Virus record (IMG/VR): IMGVR_UViG_3300015202_000004
Span: 83,943-147,942 of that record
Reading direction: 5' to 3' (one strand)
Length of the DNA: 64,000 bases
Source: a virus
Shown: positions 42,335 to 52,527 of the stretch, piece after piece
How the letters are laid out: every line of letters starts with the position of its first letter
Numbering within the stretch: the stretch's first letter is position 1
Position numbers and translations under genes: made by a program
The notes under the pieces: model-generated
Told to the model about the DNA's origin: nothing
Seen by the model: the letters and a program-made list of their open reading frames with translations, nothing else
Database searches by the model: none

Positions 42335-43103
42335 CCGCTTCTTCTATTTTATCAATAACGTTTTGCACAGTTATTAAACTTGGTTGTGCCCTTATAACTC
42401 GTGCATTATCATTGAAGTTCTTTACCCAATTTTGATTTAAGCATTCGGGATACAATAAAATATGAGGTGTACCAATTCCATGCACCAAGTGTGAAATTCC
42501 ATTGTCAATTGTCAATGCCAGTTTCGTTTTAAAAATTAATTCGCATACGTACTCTAACGGCTTATCAAAGATATAATCAACATTATAAAAAATTTGCTTG
42601 TTTTGATTTTTTTCTAAGGCAAACCCAGAAGCTCCTAGAACTGCAATTTTTACATCTTTATCCTTAGATTTCAAATAGTTTATAACATCTTGCCAATTTG
42701 AATATGCCCATAACTTTTCGTCCGATAAATCGCTCCAAGAATATGGAGCGATTATATAGTCGTAAACGGGAATATTTTTATTTGTTTTTTCCCAAATGAT
42801 ATTCGGTTTCGTTAGAGTTGGCACGTTTAATTTGGCTTGAAGAAAATATCCTTGAGTCATGTGTAAACCAAGGCTTTGTCCTTCATTAAAGAAATCATGT
42901 GGACTAAGTACAATCATATCCGACATAATTTCATCGGTGAAATTAATCCCTTGTATATGCTTGAAAAATATTTTTAAAGCTGGGTTTTCCACTTTTAAAT
43001 TCAAAGAAAGACCTTTATATGAATCTAATAAAGCTAATGCTTCAATGCAATTGATTGCACAAACTGTATCGCCAATTAAAGATGCCTTTAAATAAACGTT
43101 CAT
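42327..43103 (-). CDS. glycosyltransferase family 9 protein
   Basis: IGDTV, KLWAYSNWQ, TIDNGISHL. Confidence 0.75.
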   Translation of the reverse strand: MNVYLKASLIGDTVCAINCIEALALLDSYKGLSLNLKVENPALKIFFKHIQGINFTDEIMSDMIVLSPHDFFNEGQSLGLHMTQGYFLQAKLNVPTLTKPNIIWEKTNKNIPVYDYIIAPYSWSDLSDEKLWAYSNWQDVINYLKSKDKDVKIAVLGASGFALEKNQNKQIFYNVDYIFDKPLEYVCELIFKTKLALTIDNGISHLVHGIGTPHILLYPECLNQNWVKNFNDNARVIRAQPSLITVQNVIDKIEEAAN

Positions 43104-43106
43104 ATA

Positions 43107-43574
43107 TTAAAGCAATTTGGAAATCTTTGAAATCACACTATCTAAATTATCTACCTGAACTGCACCGTAACGTTTGCAAACAATGTCAACGTTGCCTTTT
43201 TTCCAGAATCCTTCTGGACAAACTACAACCATTTTATCTGATTTAACAAATAAACCAAGCTCTAATAAGGAAATCGGGGATTTGGTTGAAGGGTCGAAAT
43301 ACATGATAATTAAATCAGCTAATTCTTGTGCATCTAGTTCCCATTCAACCTGCTCTTTGAACTGTGCATTATCAATAGATTCTTTCCAAGAATCATCCCA
43401 GTCTTTTCTTCTTGGATTTAACAAATAAACATCATTATTATCAAGAGATTTTGCCAATTTGGTTTGCCAGTCTACCGCTTTACCTTGTTCAATGCTTCCA
43501 GCTAAAAATATCGACAGTTTTTTATTTTTCTTTACTATATCTAAAGAATTTGGTGCTTCGATTACAGTTGCCAT
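43107..43574 (-). CDS. nucleoside 2-deoxyribosyltransferase-like protein
   Basis: IFLAGSI..DWQ..LNPRR..QVEWEL..SPISLLELG. Confidence 0.85.
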   Translation of the reverse strand: MATVIEAPNSLDIVKKNKKLSIFLAGSIEQGKAVDWQTKLAKSLDNNDVYLLNPRRKDWDDSWKESIDNAQFKEQVEWELDAQELADLIIMYFDPSTKSPISLLELGLFVKSDKMVVVCPEGFWKKGNVDIVCKRYGAVQVDNLDSVISKISKLL

Positions 43575-43687
43575 TTAAATTAACCCCATAAATAATTGGT
43601 AACGAAGTGAATTGGCTCTTTTGTGAGTTACCAATTATGACAACCACCGCAACGCACTTCGCATTTTTCAATTTCTTTTAAGTATAT

Positions 43688-44329
43688 TTAGGTCCTAATC
43701 AATTCGTTGTCTTTGATATCTAGCAAAATGCGTCGTTCATTTATTTCTGTTAGCTTGAAGAAAATTTGCATCATTTGCTTAACGTCGCCAACGGCTCCGT
43801 GTGCGCGTTCGTTAGGAATGTTCAAAAGCTTACCAAGGTTATCTTGACTGATGTGTTTTAGATTCGGCATCGTGGCACGAACTAAACCCTTCATTTCATC
43901 TGTTCTACGGAACATCCATTTTGTATACTTCTCAAGCTCTGGAACATGCTTGTCAAAAGCATACTGAAAGAACCAAGTGTCGAATCCAAAATTATTACCA
44001 ATTACTGTCGCTTTTGCATTTGGATTATAAAGCTGCATGTGCTTATCCATAAAAGCAATGAATTCAATCAGAACATCTTTAATAGGGCGTTGGGCCGCGA
44101 TGAATTCTCGTGTAAGCCCATTAATTTTTAATGCCGTCTCTTCGTACACTACGTCTCCTGGATTACAATGCTCAGAAAAAGAAGCCTTCTGATTTCCCTC
44201 TGCATCATACACTATTGCCGCGATATCTACAATGCCATTTAACCAAGGCTTTACACCAGTGGTTTCAGTATCGACGCCAACGAAAGTTGTGTAATAAGGT
44301 TTAATTATTTCTCTGCTAATTATACTCAT
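43688..44329 (-). CDS. DEDDh 3'-5' exonuclease
   Basis: VDTETTG, NNFGFD, AHGAVGD. Confidence 0.85.
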   Translation of the reverse strand: MSIISREIIKPYYTTFVGVDTETTGVKPWLNGIVDIAAIVYDAEGNQKASFSEHCNPGDVVYEETALKINGLTREFIAAQRPIKDVLIEFIAFMDKHMQLYNPNAKATVIGNNFGFDTWFFQYAFDKHVPELEKYTKWMFRRTDEMKGLVRATMPNLKHISQDNLGKLLNIPNERAHGAVGDVKQMMQIFFKLTEINERRILLDIKDNELIRT

Positions 44330-44802
44330 AGTTCTCTCTTCATAAAAAAAGGATGCTCCATAATGATAGTATGTTTGCATCTTTTTTGCTCACTTATGAA
44401 GCTAAGTTAATTTATTCACCGTATTCATCCGCAGTTACATAATAAAATTTCTTGCTAGGTACTTGAATGACGATTAGGGTTCCATTTGGATTTTCTTGTA
44501 TATGAACTAAAACTTTATCAGGAATATCTTTTAAATCAGATATATTATGATAAGGGAAATTATAAACTTTAGCTTGTGTTGCTTCGCCTAAAAGTTCACG
44601 ATTTTGCCACAAATATGAATTGAAAACATTCATATCGTTTTCGCGCTTATCATGGTCGCTTTGTCTAAAATCTTTGTCGTTATGCATAAAATTTTAACCT
44701 CGTTTTTTTGTTACATATTTAATTTAATTTGTTAAAGTTTTAAAAATTTTGGGCGTATCAAATAACGCAATAAGAAAACACATTAAAATAAGAGAAAAAA
44801 TT

Positions 44803-44888
44803 CATGGGAAGCAGGATTCGAACCCGCGAGAGGCTTGCGCCGTGCCGCTTTTGGAGAGCGGTGCCATCGACCACTAGGCTATTCCCAT
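44803..44888 (-). tRNA. tRNA-Trp(CCA) with long variable arm
   Basis: CCGCT-CTCCAAA-AGCGG; V arm GGC-GCAA-GCC; G73. Confidence 0.75.
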
Positions 44889-44895
44889 ATATAAT

Positions 44896-44969
44896 TGACG
44901 GGCTCTGGACGAATCGAACGCCCACCAAACAGGTTGGAACTGTTCATGCTACCATTACACTAAGAACCC
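44896..44969 (-). tRNA. tRNA-Trp(CCA)
   Basis: AACAG-TTCCAAC-CTGTT, G73. Confidence 0.8.
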
Positions 44970-44971
44970 AT

Positions 44972-45001
44972 AAAAAAACGAGGACATTTACCATGTACTC
45001 G
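44972..45001 (-). terminator. terminator immediately upstream of tRNA-Trp pair
   Basis: CGAGTACAT-GGTAA-ATGTCCTCG-TTTTTTT. Confidence 0.7.
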
Positions 45002-45025
45002 CAAGAAGAATATTAAACTAACTCT

Positions 45026-45139
45026 TTAGCAATCTTCGTCGCATTCTTGCGAAGGCATATGGAAATCGCGCGGAAGAGGTTCTTCTTGCTTGTGTTCTCG
45101 CCAGCTTTCAGCTAGTTCCATGATAAAAGTCGTTTCCAT
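45026..45139 (-). CDS. small ORF, possible Trp leader peptide
   Basis: METTFIMELAESWREHKQEEPLPRDFHMPSQECDEDC; AAGGT RBS. Confidence 0.5.
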   Translation of the reverse strand: METTFIMELAESWREHKQEEPLPRDFHMPSQECDEDC

Positions 45140-45158
45140 TTCTATACCTTGTTAAAAT

Positions 45159-45250
45159 TGGAGGAGAAGGCGAGATTCGAACTCGCGGGACCGACTAAGG
45201 TCCGTCTCTTTAGCAAAGAGGTGCAATAAACCAGGCTCTACCACTTCTCC
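45159..45250 (-). tRNA. tRNA-Ser(GCT)
   Basis: Loop TTGCTAA, long V arm, CCA. Confidence 0.9.
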
Positions 45251-45321
45251 ATAAAGAAATCGCATTGGTACTCCAGACGATTCCTGGACTCTTTCTACAA
45301 CTAGGTAGATGAGTTACTAGT

Positions 45322-45350
45322 ATTATATGCTATTTGTTTTGATTTGTCAA
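45322..45350 (-). promoter_or_regulatory. sigma70 promoter
   Basis: Perfect TTGACA-N17-TATAAT. Confidence 0.85.
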
Positions 45351-45836
45351 GTATTGAAGAAATTTAATTCATTAACGGTTTGATTTTGGAATAAAATTCT
45401 TCGATAATGAAATTTATTTTACCTGTTGATTCCCAAAAATTGATTTGGGTTTGTCCATATTTTAGGGCAAGCTTTTCAACAATTAAGTTTTTGATTTTCT
45501 TAAAGAAAGGGTCAGAGAACTTAAGTTGCATAGCCGACTTTTCTTCATTATAGCGGCTAATCTCTTCTTCATCTTTGGGTTCATGGCACCAATGACCGTA
45601 TGCTCTGGCGACTTCTTTATGTTGACAAAAAGAATTTAAACCGTTTGCTTTTCGAACGGCAACGACTTCTTCATTTGTGTAACGTTGGCTGCCTGTTTTA
45701 CCCAACACTTTATAATGTCCAAAAATTTTAAATACTTCGACGTTATTAATATACAAAATAATGCTTCGATGGCTTACAGTTTGGGCTGTCTCAGGGGCAA
45801 TTGTAATCACTTATGAAATCCTTTTAGTTAGAAATT

Positions 45837-45910
45837 TGCCCCGACTGGGAATCGAACCCAGACTCACAAGTTTTTAGAGAACTCGGTTCTAACCGTTGAA
45901 CTATCGAGGC
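45837..45910 (-). tRNA. amber suppressor tRNA (CTA anticodon)
   Basis: GCCTCGA-TA-GTTC-AACGGTTA-GAAC-C-GAGTT-CTCTAAA-AACTT-GTGAGT-CTGGG-TTCGATT-CCCAG-TCGGGGC-A. Confidence 0.82.
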
Positions 45911-45996
45911 ATATTTGTTCCCCGTGCGTTGCATTACACTCCGCAAATCGCCTGTTTTTCACAGGGTGCCTCTTATACGGCTGACAGGGAATTTGA

Positions 45997-46548
45997 TTAC
46001 TTAAGATACTGTATCATTTTTTTGCCCAATTTGTCAAGCTTTTTCCACTTGATTTTGAAGCTAGTCGATTCGATGCCGCCGAACATTTGTGCATTAGAAT
46101 GGATTTCGCAAAGGGCCGTCAACAGAAGAGAAGCTGCCTCTTTTCGTTTCGCAAATTCTTCAATATCCTCACTTTTCAGTGTATGACAGTCCATGTCCAT
46201 TCGGATAAGATTTGCAATAAGATTTGAGTCTTCTGATTCATCCGAACATTCTTTCCATCGAAGGTAAGAAGCTTCGGCATGGTTTGGAAAATGCTGCTTG
46301 CCTTCTTCATCAATTGTTCGACAGAACGGTTTACCACAATCATGGTAGATTTGGTAAATCTGGAGGATATTGAAAGGCAGAAGGTTAGCTTTGATTTTTG
46401 GGTCTTGAATCCAATCAGACAACCTCCATTCTTTTGAGAGAGGTGCGTCGGGTTCGGTTAAATACCCATATAAGTCATCGAACCATTCAAACACGCTTTG
46501 CCCGTGTTGGAACATATTCATGTCTTCAAATTGAAAACACGTTAGCAT
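45997..46548 (-). CDS. HD-domain phosphohydrolase-like protein
   Basis: QHGQSV, YHDCGKP, HFPNHAEAS; possible upstream start 46584 across an in-frame TAG. Confidence 0.7.
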   Translation of the reverse strand: MLTCFQFEDMNMFQHGQSVFEWFDDLYGYLTEPDAPLSKEWRLSDWIQDPKIKANLLPFNILQIYQIYHDCGKPFCRTIDEEGKQHFPNHAEASYLRWKECSDESEDSNLIANLIRMDMDCHTLKSEDIEEFAKRKEAASLLLTALCEIHSNAQMFGGIESTSFKIKWKKLDKLGKKMIQYLK

Positions 46549-46877
46549 TGGTTCTCTAAGTTTTGTAAAATCAGCCTACAACATTATATTCTTCTTTCTT
46601 ATATTTTCTTAAAAAGACATTTTCGCCGATAACATTTGAATCTAGTGTATAAGCATTGCCAAATCCTGTAATCCAAAATTCTTCATCTTTAGAATTTTCT
46701 TCAATAGAAAATGGCATAATGCAAATTTCAAACATATCATTTTTTTGTAAAGTGGTAATTTCCCTTAAACTATCACAAGAAAAAGTTATTTTTTCAATTT
46801 GAATATCACCATTGTCTAACATAGAAACCTCTTTGCATAGCGCAACAGGTTTATGTTTTAAAAATAATACAATCTGA

Positions 46878-47231
46878 TTATTCACATTTATTCTCCCATT
46901 GTTGTTTTTCTTGCCATAGCATTTCGTATTGCTTTAAATGTTCGCGTTTCGAGCGACTTGTGAGATATTCGGTTGCAATAGCCGTTAGTCCTCTATCGTA
47001 ATCAGGTTCAGCCCATGGCTCAACCTTGATGCCATTCATAAGCAAGTGTTCCATTGCTTTGAAAAGTTCGGCTTTATTTTTCACCTGAAGATAAATCAAG
47101 TGATTTTGCGTCGGGGTTTCACCAAAGCGCTTACCTGCTTCTTGAGCGGCATGGCCTGCTTGCACGGCTTGATGAATTTCGGGCATATCAGTACGCACAA
47201 TTACGTAACTGTAAATAGTTTCTTCTTTCAT
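46878..47231 (-). CDS. Pth2-like peptidyl-tRNA hydrolase
   Basis: YVIVRTDM..QAVQAGHAA..LIYLQV..W.EPD..GLTAIAT. Confidence 0.65.
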   Translation of the reverse strand: MKEETIYSYVIVRTDMPEIHQAVQAGHAAQEAGKRFGETPTQNHLIYLQVKNKAELFKAMEHLLMNGIKVEPWAEPDYDRGLTAIATEYLTSRSKREHLKQYEMLWQEKQQWENKCE

Positions 47232-47357
47232 TTCTTCCTCTTTTTGTTCATTAGTGCTTATGTGGGTAGGCAAAAAGAAGAAGTTTAAGGACCGCGATTC
47301 TAAGAACGCATTTGATTCACTTTCTTTTGATGTTTTCATATTTTTTCATATTTAAAA

Positions 47358-47445
47358 TGGAGGAGAGTCAGGGATTCGAACCCTGGGTCCCTTGCAGGAC
47401 TTTAGTTTTCAAGACTAACGCAATCGGCCACTCTGCCAACTCTCC
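47358..47445 (-). tRNA. tRNA-Ser(TGA)
   Basis: TTAGT-CTTGAAA-ACTAA, long V arm, CCA. Confidence 0.92.
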
Positions 47446-48189
47446 AAATTAGATTAAGACTTCAATACCAACGATATTACCGTCTTTATCTTTGTCAATA
47501 TTACACATGTAAGAAGAACTTGTTTCTTTTACAAATTCACCTACGGGCAATTCTTTAATTCGGAAATAAAACGCCTCTACGTTAGAAGCGTCAATTTTTT
47601 CCCGAGTCATTGACACGACGACTTTTTCTGTATTCACAATATTATTATACTACTTTCTTCTATTCTTGTCAACTAAAAACTATGGCGTTCTTTCAAGTCC
47701 ATAATATCTAAATGATTACGAACGTTCTTAGGCGTCATAATATTAGCGTGACCTTCAAAAGATTCTATGGTGATGCCAGTATCTTCAACAGCCGTTTGAA
47801 TTTTGCTTATGATAGCTGCATACCAAGCGCCCGTGCGAGGAACCATTTTCATTGCTTGAATTAGGTTAGCGATTTCGTATTCATTCAACTCGATGTGTAT
47901 TTCCATAGCACATCCCTCCATAGTTTAAAGTTGTAACACTATAAAGTAGATGTTTATGATATAAAAATATCACATTAACGTTTTACTTTCAAGTTCAAAA
48001 ATATCGTGATTAATTTAAATATTACTAACGGAAAGAACAAAATTGACAAAAGCAGATGCCAAACCACTCTTGGATGTGTAACTAAATTATATAAAGATTC
48101 ATGAACCCTAATGTCACCACTTGACGATGTAGTCAACTCAAGTGGACCAAATGCAAAACTTAAAAAAATCAAACAAATTAAAATCGCAA

Positions 48190-48714
48190 TCATTTCATAA
48201 CCTTTACACAATCGCGAACTTCCATAAGAACTTCGCCGAGCCAATTTGTACCACGCCAGTTTGCCGGATTATTTACACGGGGGTCATTTACCGCTAATTT
48301 AACACCCCAAATAGCATCGTAAGGCGAAGCTTCAACAAGGTGCTTATCTCCCGTAGAGATAATGTATTTACGTAGTTTTTCATCAGATGTGAATTTTGAT
48401 AAATTAACATTGAAAACAATATCTTTGGCAACATTGTTCCACGTTTCAACATCAAAGTTCTTTACAGTTTTACCCAAAGCTTTTTGCCCCGAAGGGTTCG
48501 ATTCGCGCATGATTTTATCAAACGCTTCCTCGTCATTAAAGAATAAAGCTTTACCAGCCATCATTCCTTGTTCAGCACAATTTAGTGCCAATTGTTTTCC
48601 AAATAACTCAGCACTAAAATTACCAGTCTGATACCACTGGGAAAACACGCCTCCGTAGAAGAAGACGTATTTTTCAGTGATTCTTTGGGAATCCAATATT
48701 AACCCTTCACGCAA
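48190..48714 (-). CDS. NADAR family protein
   Basis: FSQWY, AEQGMMAGKALFF, KALGK.VKNFD, EASPYDAIWG, GTNWLG. Confidence 0.9.
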   Translation of the reverse strand: MREGLILDSQRITEKYVFFYGGVFSQWYQTGNFSAELFGKQLALNCAEQGMMAGKALFFNDEEAFDKIMRESNPSGQKALGKTVKNFDVETWNNVAKDIVFNVNLSKFTSDEKLRKYIISTGDKHLVEASPYDAIWGVKLAVNDPRVNNPANWRGTNWLGEVLMEVRDCVKVMK

Positions 48715-50825
48715 AGAACTTGTTTGATTTGATGCACCACTTCAACTAAATCAGATTGAGCCGCCATGACAGCATCAATGTCTTTATAAGCTTGTGGGAT
48801 TTCGTCTATCACCCCAATATCTTTTCTGCACTCAACACCCTTGGTTGCAGCGATTTGGTCTTCAACCGTGAACTGTTTCTTTGCTTGTGTACGCGACATT
48901 ACTCGTCCTGCCCCGTGGGAACAAGACATGTAAGATTCAGCGTTTCCAAGACCGCGAACAATGTACGATTTAGTACCCATCGAACCAGGGATAATTCCCA
49001 TTTCCCCTCGGCCAGCGCGAACCGCACCCTTACGGCTTACATACATTTCTTCACCGAAGTGAATTTCTGTAGTAACGTAGTTGTGGTGACAGTTGATGAC
49101 TTCGGTGTCAATGGTGAACGTTGGAAGCTTAAGGCGGTCCTCACGCATTACTGAAAGCAAACGCTTAAGCATGACTTCACGGTTTGTGGCCGCATAATCT
49201 TGTGCCCAAGTCATTGCCTTGACGTAATCCTCGAACGAATCCGTACCTTCCGATAAGAACGCAAGGTCCTTATCCGGCAAAACTTCGCCACGCTTTTCAA
49301 GTTCCGCTTTCGCTTCGTTGATAAAGTATGAACCGATTTTGTTACCGATTCCACGCGAACCCGAGTGCAGCATTAACCATACGCGATTTTCTCTGTCGAG
49401 ACAGAGTTCGATGAAGTGGTTGCCGCCACCAAGGGTAGCAAGCTGATTGACCGGGTGCTTGTCGTTGACGATTTTTGGATATTTCTCGTCTAACCATTTG
49501 AACCCAGCATCAAGGTGCTTCCAGCCTGTTTCAACAACAGACGGGACACGAGTATGCATGTTGAATCCAACTGGAACCGTGCGCTCAAAAGCTTCACGGA
49601 GAGGTTTTAAATCAGATGGCAAATCTTCGGCCTTCAAAGAAGTACGAACTGCCGCCATGCCACAATTACCTGTCATAGCAATGTTCCCACCTCGTCGCAT
49701 TACCCAGTATCCAGATGGCAAAGTAAAACAATAAGCCCTACCGTCAATCGGAACTACTTCTGTTATTTCTGACTTTGGCACACCAGCCATACCCACCATG
49801 GTATTATTATGAGCAAAAACACGATAATCAATGGCACCACTGTAATGTTCATCTTGCCGTAAAACCGCTCTATATCCAGATGCAGTAAAAGCATAATGAG
49901 CAAAATCAGCAGCTTCTTTAATCCGCGTAAAAAATACACGGTCTTTTATATTCCCGTCCCAATGAAAACATTCATCAGTGAAAATTTTTAATTGCGCTAA
50001 AGAAGCTTTCCAAAGCCATTCATATGTTTTTGTAACTTTTGGCGGTAGAAATCTGAAAGATACATCTTCGCCATAAATTTTTTCTGTATACTTAATTTTT
50101 GCGGCATCTAAAAGTTCTTTTGCTTTTTTTGATTTACGGGCTTTACGTACCTTTACAACAGCATGATTTTGATGGTCAATATGACCATCTGCTAAAACCA
50201 TTACCATAACACGCAAATTATCATCTGAGATTTCAATTGAATTTGATAAAACTGGTGTAAAAGTAGTCATAAATTCAGCTTTATAACCTTGAACTAAATA
50301 GTCATGTGTCCTTTTAAATTGTTCAGCAGTTATAACTTTTTGAACACGAATCCGGTCGCGGCCAGAAATTTCCCAACACAAAATTGTATGGTCTGGCGAT
50401 AAAACTTGGTTAATACCATGCTTAGTTTTAAAAGAATATAGTTTATCGTATTCTTTTTTAATATATTCTTTTGGTTTAACAAACTCACCTTGGCCTGTAC
50501 TCGGGTCATATTGCATAACTGAATCACCGTCTTGATATTCTGAAATAAATTTCCATCCATCTTCAGATAAAAATTCTGTTTCCGCATCAACGCAACCGAT
50601 ATCAACGCCAACGATGCTCGGAATTATAACATTCTTGGTTGCAATTACACTACCAACAGTTGAACCAATTCCGGCGTGTACGTCGGGCATGATTGCTACA
50701 CCGTGGACGAATGGAAGCAACGCAACGTTTAAAACTTGCTTACGGGCAGATTCTTCGAAGACTACGCCTTCGACCCAAGCCTTAACAGGCTTACGCCCTG
50801 GCCCTTCAATTAATTCATAATTCAT
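48699..50825 (-). CDS. rtcB: RtcB RNA ligase containing an intein
   Basis: MPDVHAG, VGVDIG/CGM, TLGGGNHFIE, HSGSRG, HHNY, PGSMG, SHGAGR. Confidence 0.95.
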   Translation of the reverse strand: MNYELIEGPGRKPVKAWVEGVVFEESARKQVLNVALLPFVHGVAIMPDVHAGIGSTVGSVIATKNVIIPSIVGVDIGCVDAETEFLSEDGWKFISEYQDGDSVMQYDPSTGQGEFVKPKEYIKKEYDKLYSFKTKHGINQVLSPDHTILCWEISGRDRIRVQKVITAEQFKRTHDYLVQGYKAEFMTTFTPVLSNSIEISDDNLRVMVMVLADGHIDHQNHAVVKVRKARKSKKAKELLDAAKIKYTEKIYGEDVSFRFLPPKVTKTYEWLWKASLAQLKIFTDECFHWDGNIKDRVFFTRIKEAADFAHYAFTASGYRAVLRQDEHYSGAIDYRVFAHNNTMVGMAGVPKSEITEVVPIDGRAYCFTLPSGYWVMRRGGNIAMTGNCGMAAVRTSLKAEDLPSDLKPLREAFERTVPVGFNMHTRVPSVVETGWKHLDAGFKWLDEKYPKIVNDKHPVNQLATLGGGNHFIELCLDRENRVWLMLHSGSRGIGNKIGSYFINEAKAELEKRGEVLPDKDLAFLSEGTDSFEDYVKAMTWAQDYAATNREVMLKRLLSVMREDRLKLPTFTIDTEVINCHHNYVTTEIHFGEEMYVSRKGAVRAGRGEMGIIPGSMGTKSYIVRGLGNAESYMSCSHGAGRVMSRTQAKKQFTVEDQIAATKGVECRKDIGVIDEIPQAYKDIDAVMAAQSDLVEVVHQIKQVLCVKG
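49665..50594 (-). mobile_element. intein (310 aa) with LAGLIDADG-like endonuclease region
   Basis: Starts CVDAETEFLSEDGW, ends YCFTLPSGYWVMRRGGNIAMTGN/C; internal VLADG and HWDG blocks. Confidence 0.88.
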
Positions 50826-51654
50826 AACTTCCTCATTCTATCACTTTGCCAAACGGTTGTCAATACCTTCGGTAAAAAATCACGCTTCTTTTAGTGTCTG
50901 TCTCTTGAGAAGCGCGGCCTTCGGTAATTCCTTGCTGTTCATTTCGCCGTCCTCATAAACAATTTCATGACCAATCAAACCTTCAATGACTTTAATCATG
51001 GAAATATTATCTAAAGCTCCCACCGTTTCGTCGTCCCATTCATTATCCAAGTCAAGCCCTTGGTCATACTTTTCTTTTAATAAAGCAATTGCTTCTTCTT
51101 TGCTAGAAGCTAATACTTCATAAGTATATGCAAAACAAGTACTATACCATTCATCAAAAGTTTGATAATCTTTAGTAGGGCTGGCAAGATATCTAGGTGG
51201 TCTTTTTTCAGCCATTATATTTTTATTTCTATGCCGTAATCGGCAAGATTTCTGTGCATGAAAACGATTGCATGATTAAAATTATTGCCGATACCACGGG
51301 CATCAGAATTCGTGAACGGCACCTTCATTGAAAATTCCCATTTACCACTCTTCAGAAGCAAGACGTTGATGTATTGCTTAAGGGTACTTAGCTTCTTAAG
51401 GATGCGCTCAAAAGATTCATAGAAGTAATCGTTTGGTGCTTCTACCACAGGTTCGTGGTAAAGCTTCTGGTACATTTTCTTGAAAGCAAGAAAAACAGAC
51501 GGGCCACTTGACTCTAGAACTTCGTTATTTGTCAAAACAAAGACCTTGAAAACGTTATCTTCGAAAATCAAAGTAACATTCTCTTCTCGGTCTACGCCCT
51601 CTCGGGTTATAAGTGTTTTGACTAAATCTTCTAAAGTCAAATGGGTTAAGCTCT

Positions 51655-52089
51655 TCACTTTGCTTTCTCGGCTACTGCCTTTTTTACTGCTTTTTTGATT
51701 GTTTTCAGAAAACCTTCATCAACTTCGTACAAGGGTTCTGGCAAGGATTCAATATCAAACCATACCCATCCTTCACACTTATGGGGTTCTGTGTTAACGG
51801 CTTTCTGTTTACCTTTAACTTTCCCAATATAAAAGAAAGTAAGATATTGATTGCTCTTGCCTACTTCCTCTGTGAAACCGATATATGACGTTTTTCCAAT
51901 GTTTAAATCTGTTTCTTCCTTTGTTTCTCGCACGGCTGTATCCGCGATAAGCTCACCAAATTCATGGTGACCACCAGGAAATTGCCACATACCGTTACCG
52001 TGCTTGGCAATTCTTTTGCCCATTAAAACTTGGTTCTTCTTGTTTATGGCTACACAAGCTACGCCAATTTTAATTTTTCCATTTGCCAT
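51655..52089 (-). CDS. Nudix hydrolase
   Basis: PGGHHEFGE..TAVRETKEETDL; EPHKCEGW. Confidence 0.9.
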   Translation of the reverse strand: MANGKIKIGVACVAINKKNQVLMGKRIAKHGNGMWQFPGGHHEFGELIADTAVRETKEETDLNIGKTSYIGFTEEVGKSNQYLTFFYIGKVKGKQKAVNTEPHKCEGWVWFDIESLPEPLYEVDEGFLKTIKKAVKKAVAEKAK

Positions 52090-52303
52090 TAGTGCCTCAG
52101 AAGATGAAAAATGCTGTAATAATTATGATGGTAGTAGTGATGAAATTATAATGATGGTATTAAGAGCTTGAATATAATGGTCGCGACGGCATTCGACAAC
52201 CAACGAGTATGGTGACCAAAAAATAAGTAAATATACTTCATGGAACTATGGTATCACATAAGTAATAAAAAAGCAAGAAACCCTTATCGGGCTTCTTTAA
52301 AAT

Positions 52304-52391
52304 TGGAGGAAAGCAGAGTAATTGAAACCCACTCCTTGCAGAGCCAACGATATTCGAAGCCGTGCTGGTACGCCTGTCCAGTTTACTTTCC
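52304..52391 (-). tRNA. tRNA-Ser(CGA)
   Basis: Loop TTCGAAT, long V arm, CCA. Confidence 0.7.
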
Positions 52392-52437
52392 ATAAGAATT
52401 TTAATTTAAAATGGAGGACTTATAACATTTGAAATAT

Positions 52438-52527
52438 TGGAGGAAGAGGAGCGAGTCGAACGCTCAAGGGCTTTAACACCTCGACAATTTTCTAGATTGC
52501 TACCGTCGCCAATCGGCTTGCTCTTCC
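52438..52527 (-). tRNA. tRNA-Ser(AGA)
   Basis: GCAAT-CTAGAAA-ATTGT, long V arm, CCA. Confidence 0.8.

Noticed and set aside
45837-45910. Pyrrolysine tRNA
   Set aside because: Standard 5-bp anticodon stem, normal D/T loops and A73; no pyl genes in the window.
47232-47339. Ser-rich N-terminal extension of the Pth2-like ORF as a third leader peptide
   Set aside because: In frame with the CDS, with no stop or terminator; a better RBS precedes ATG 47231.
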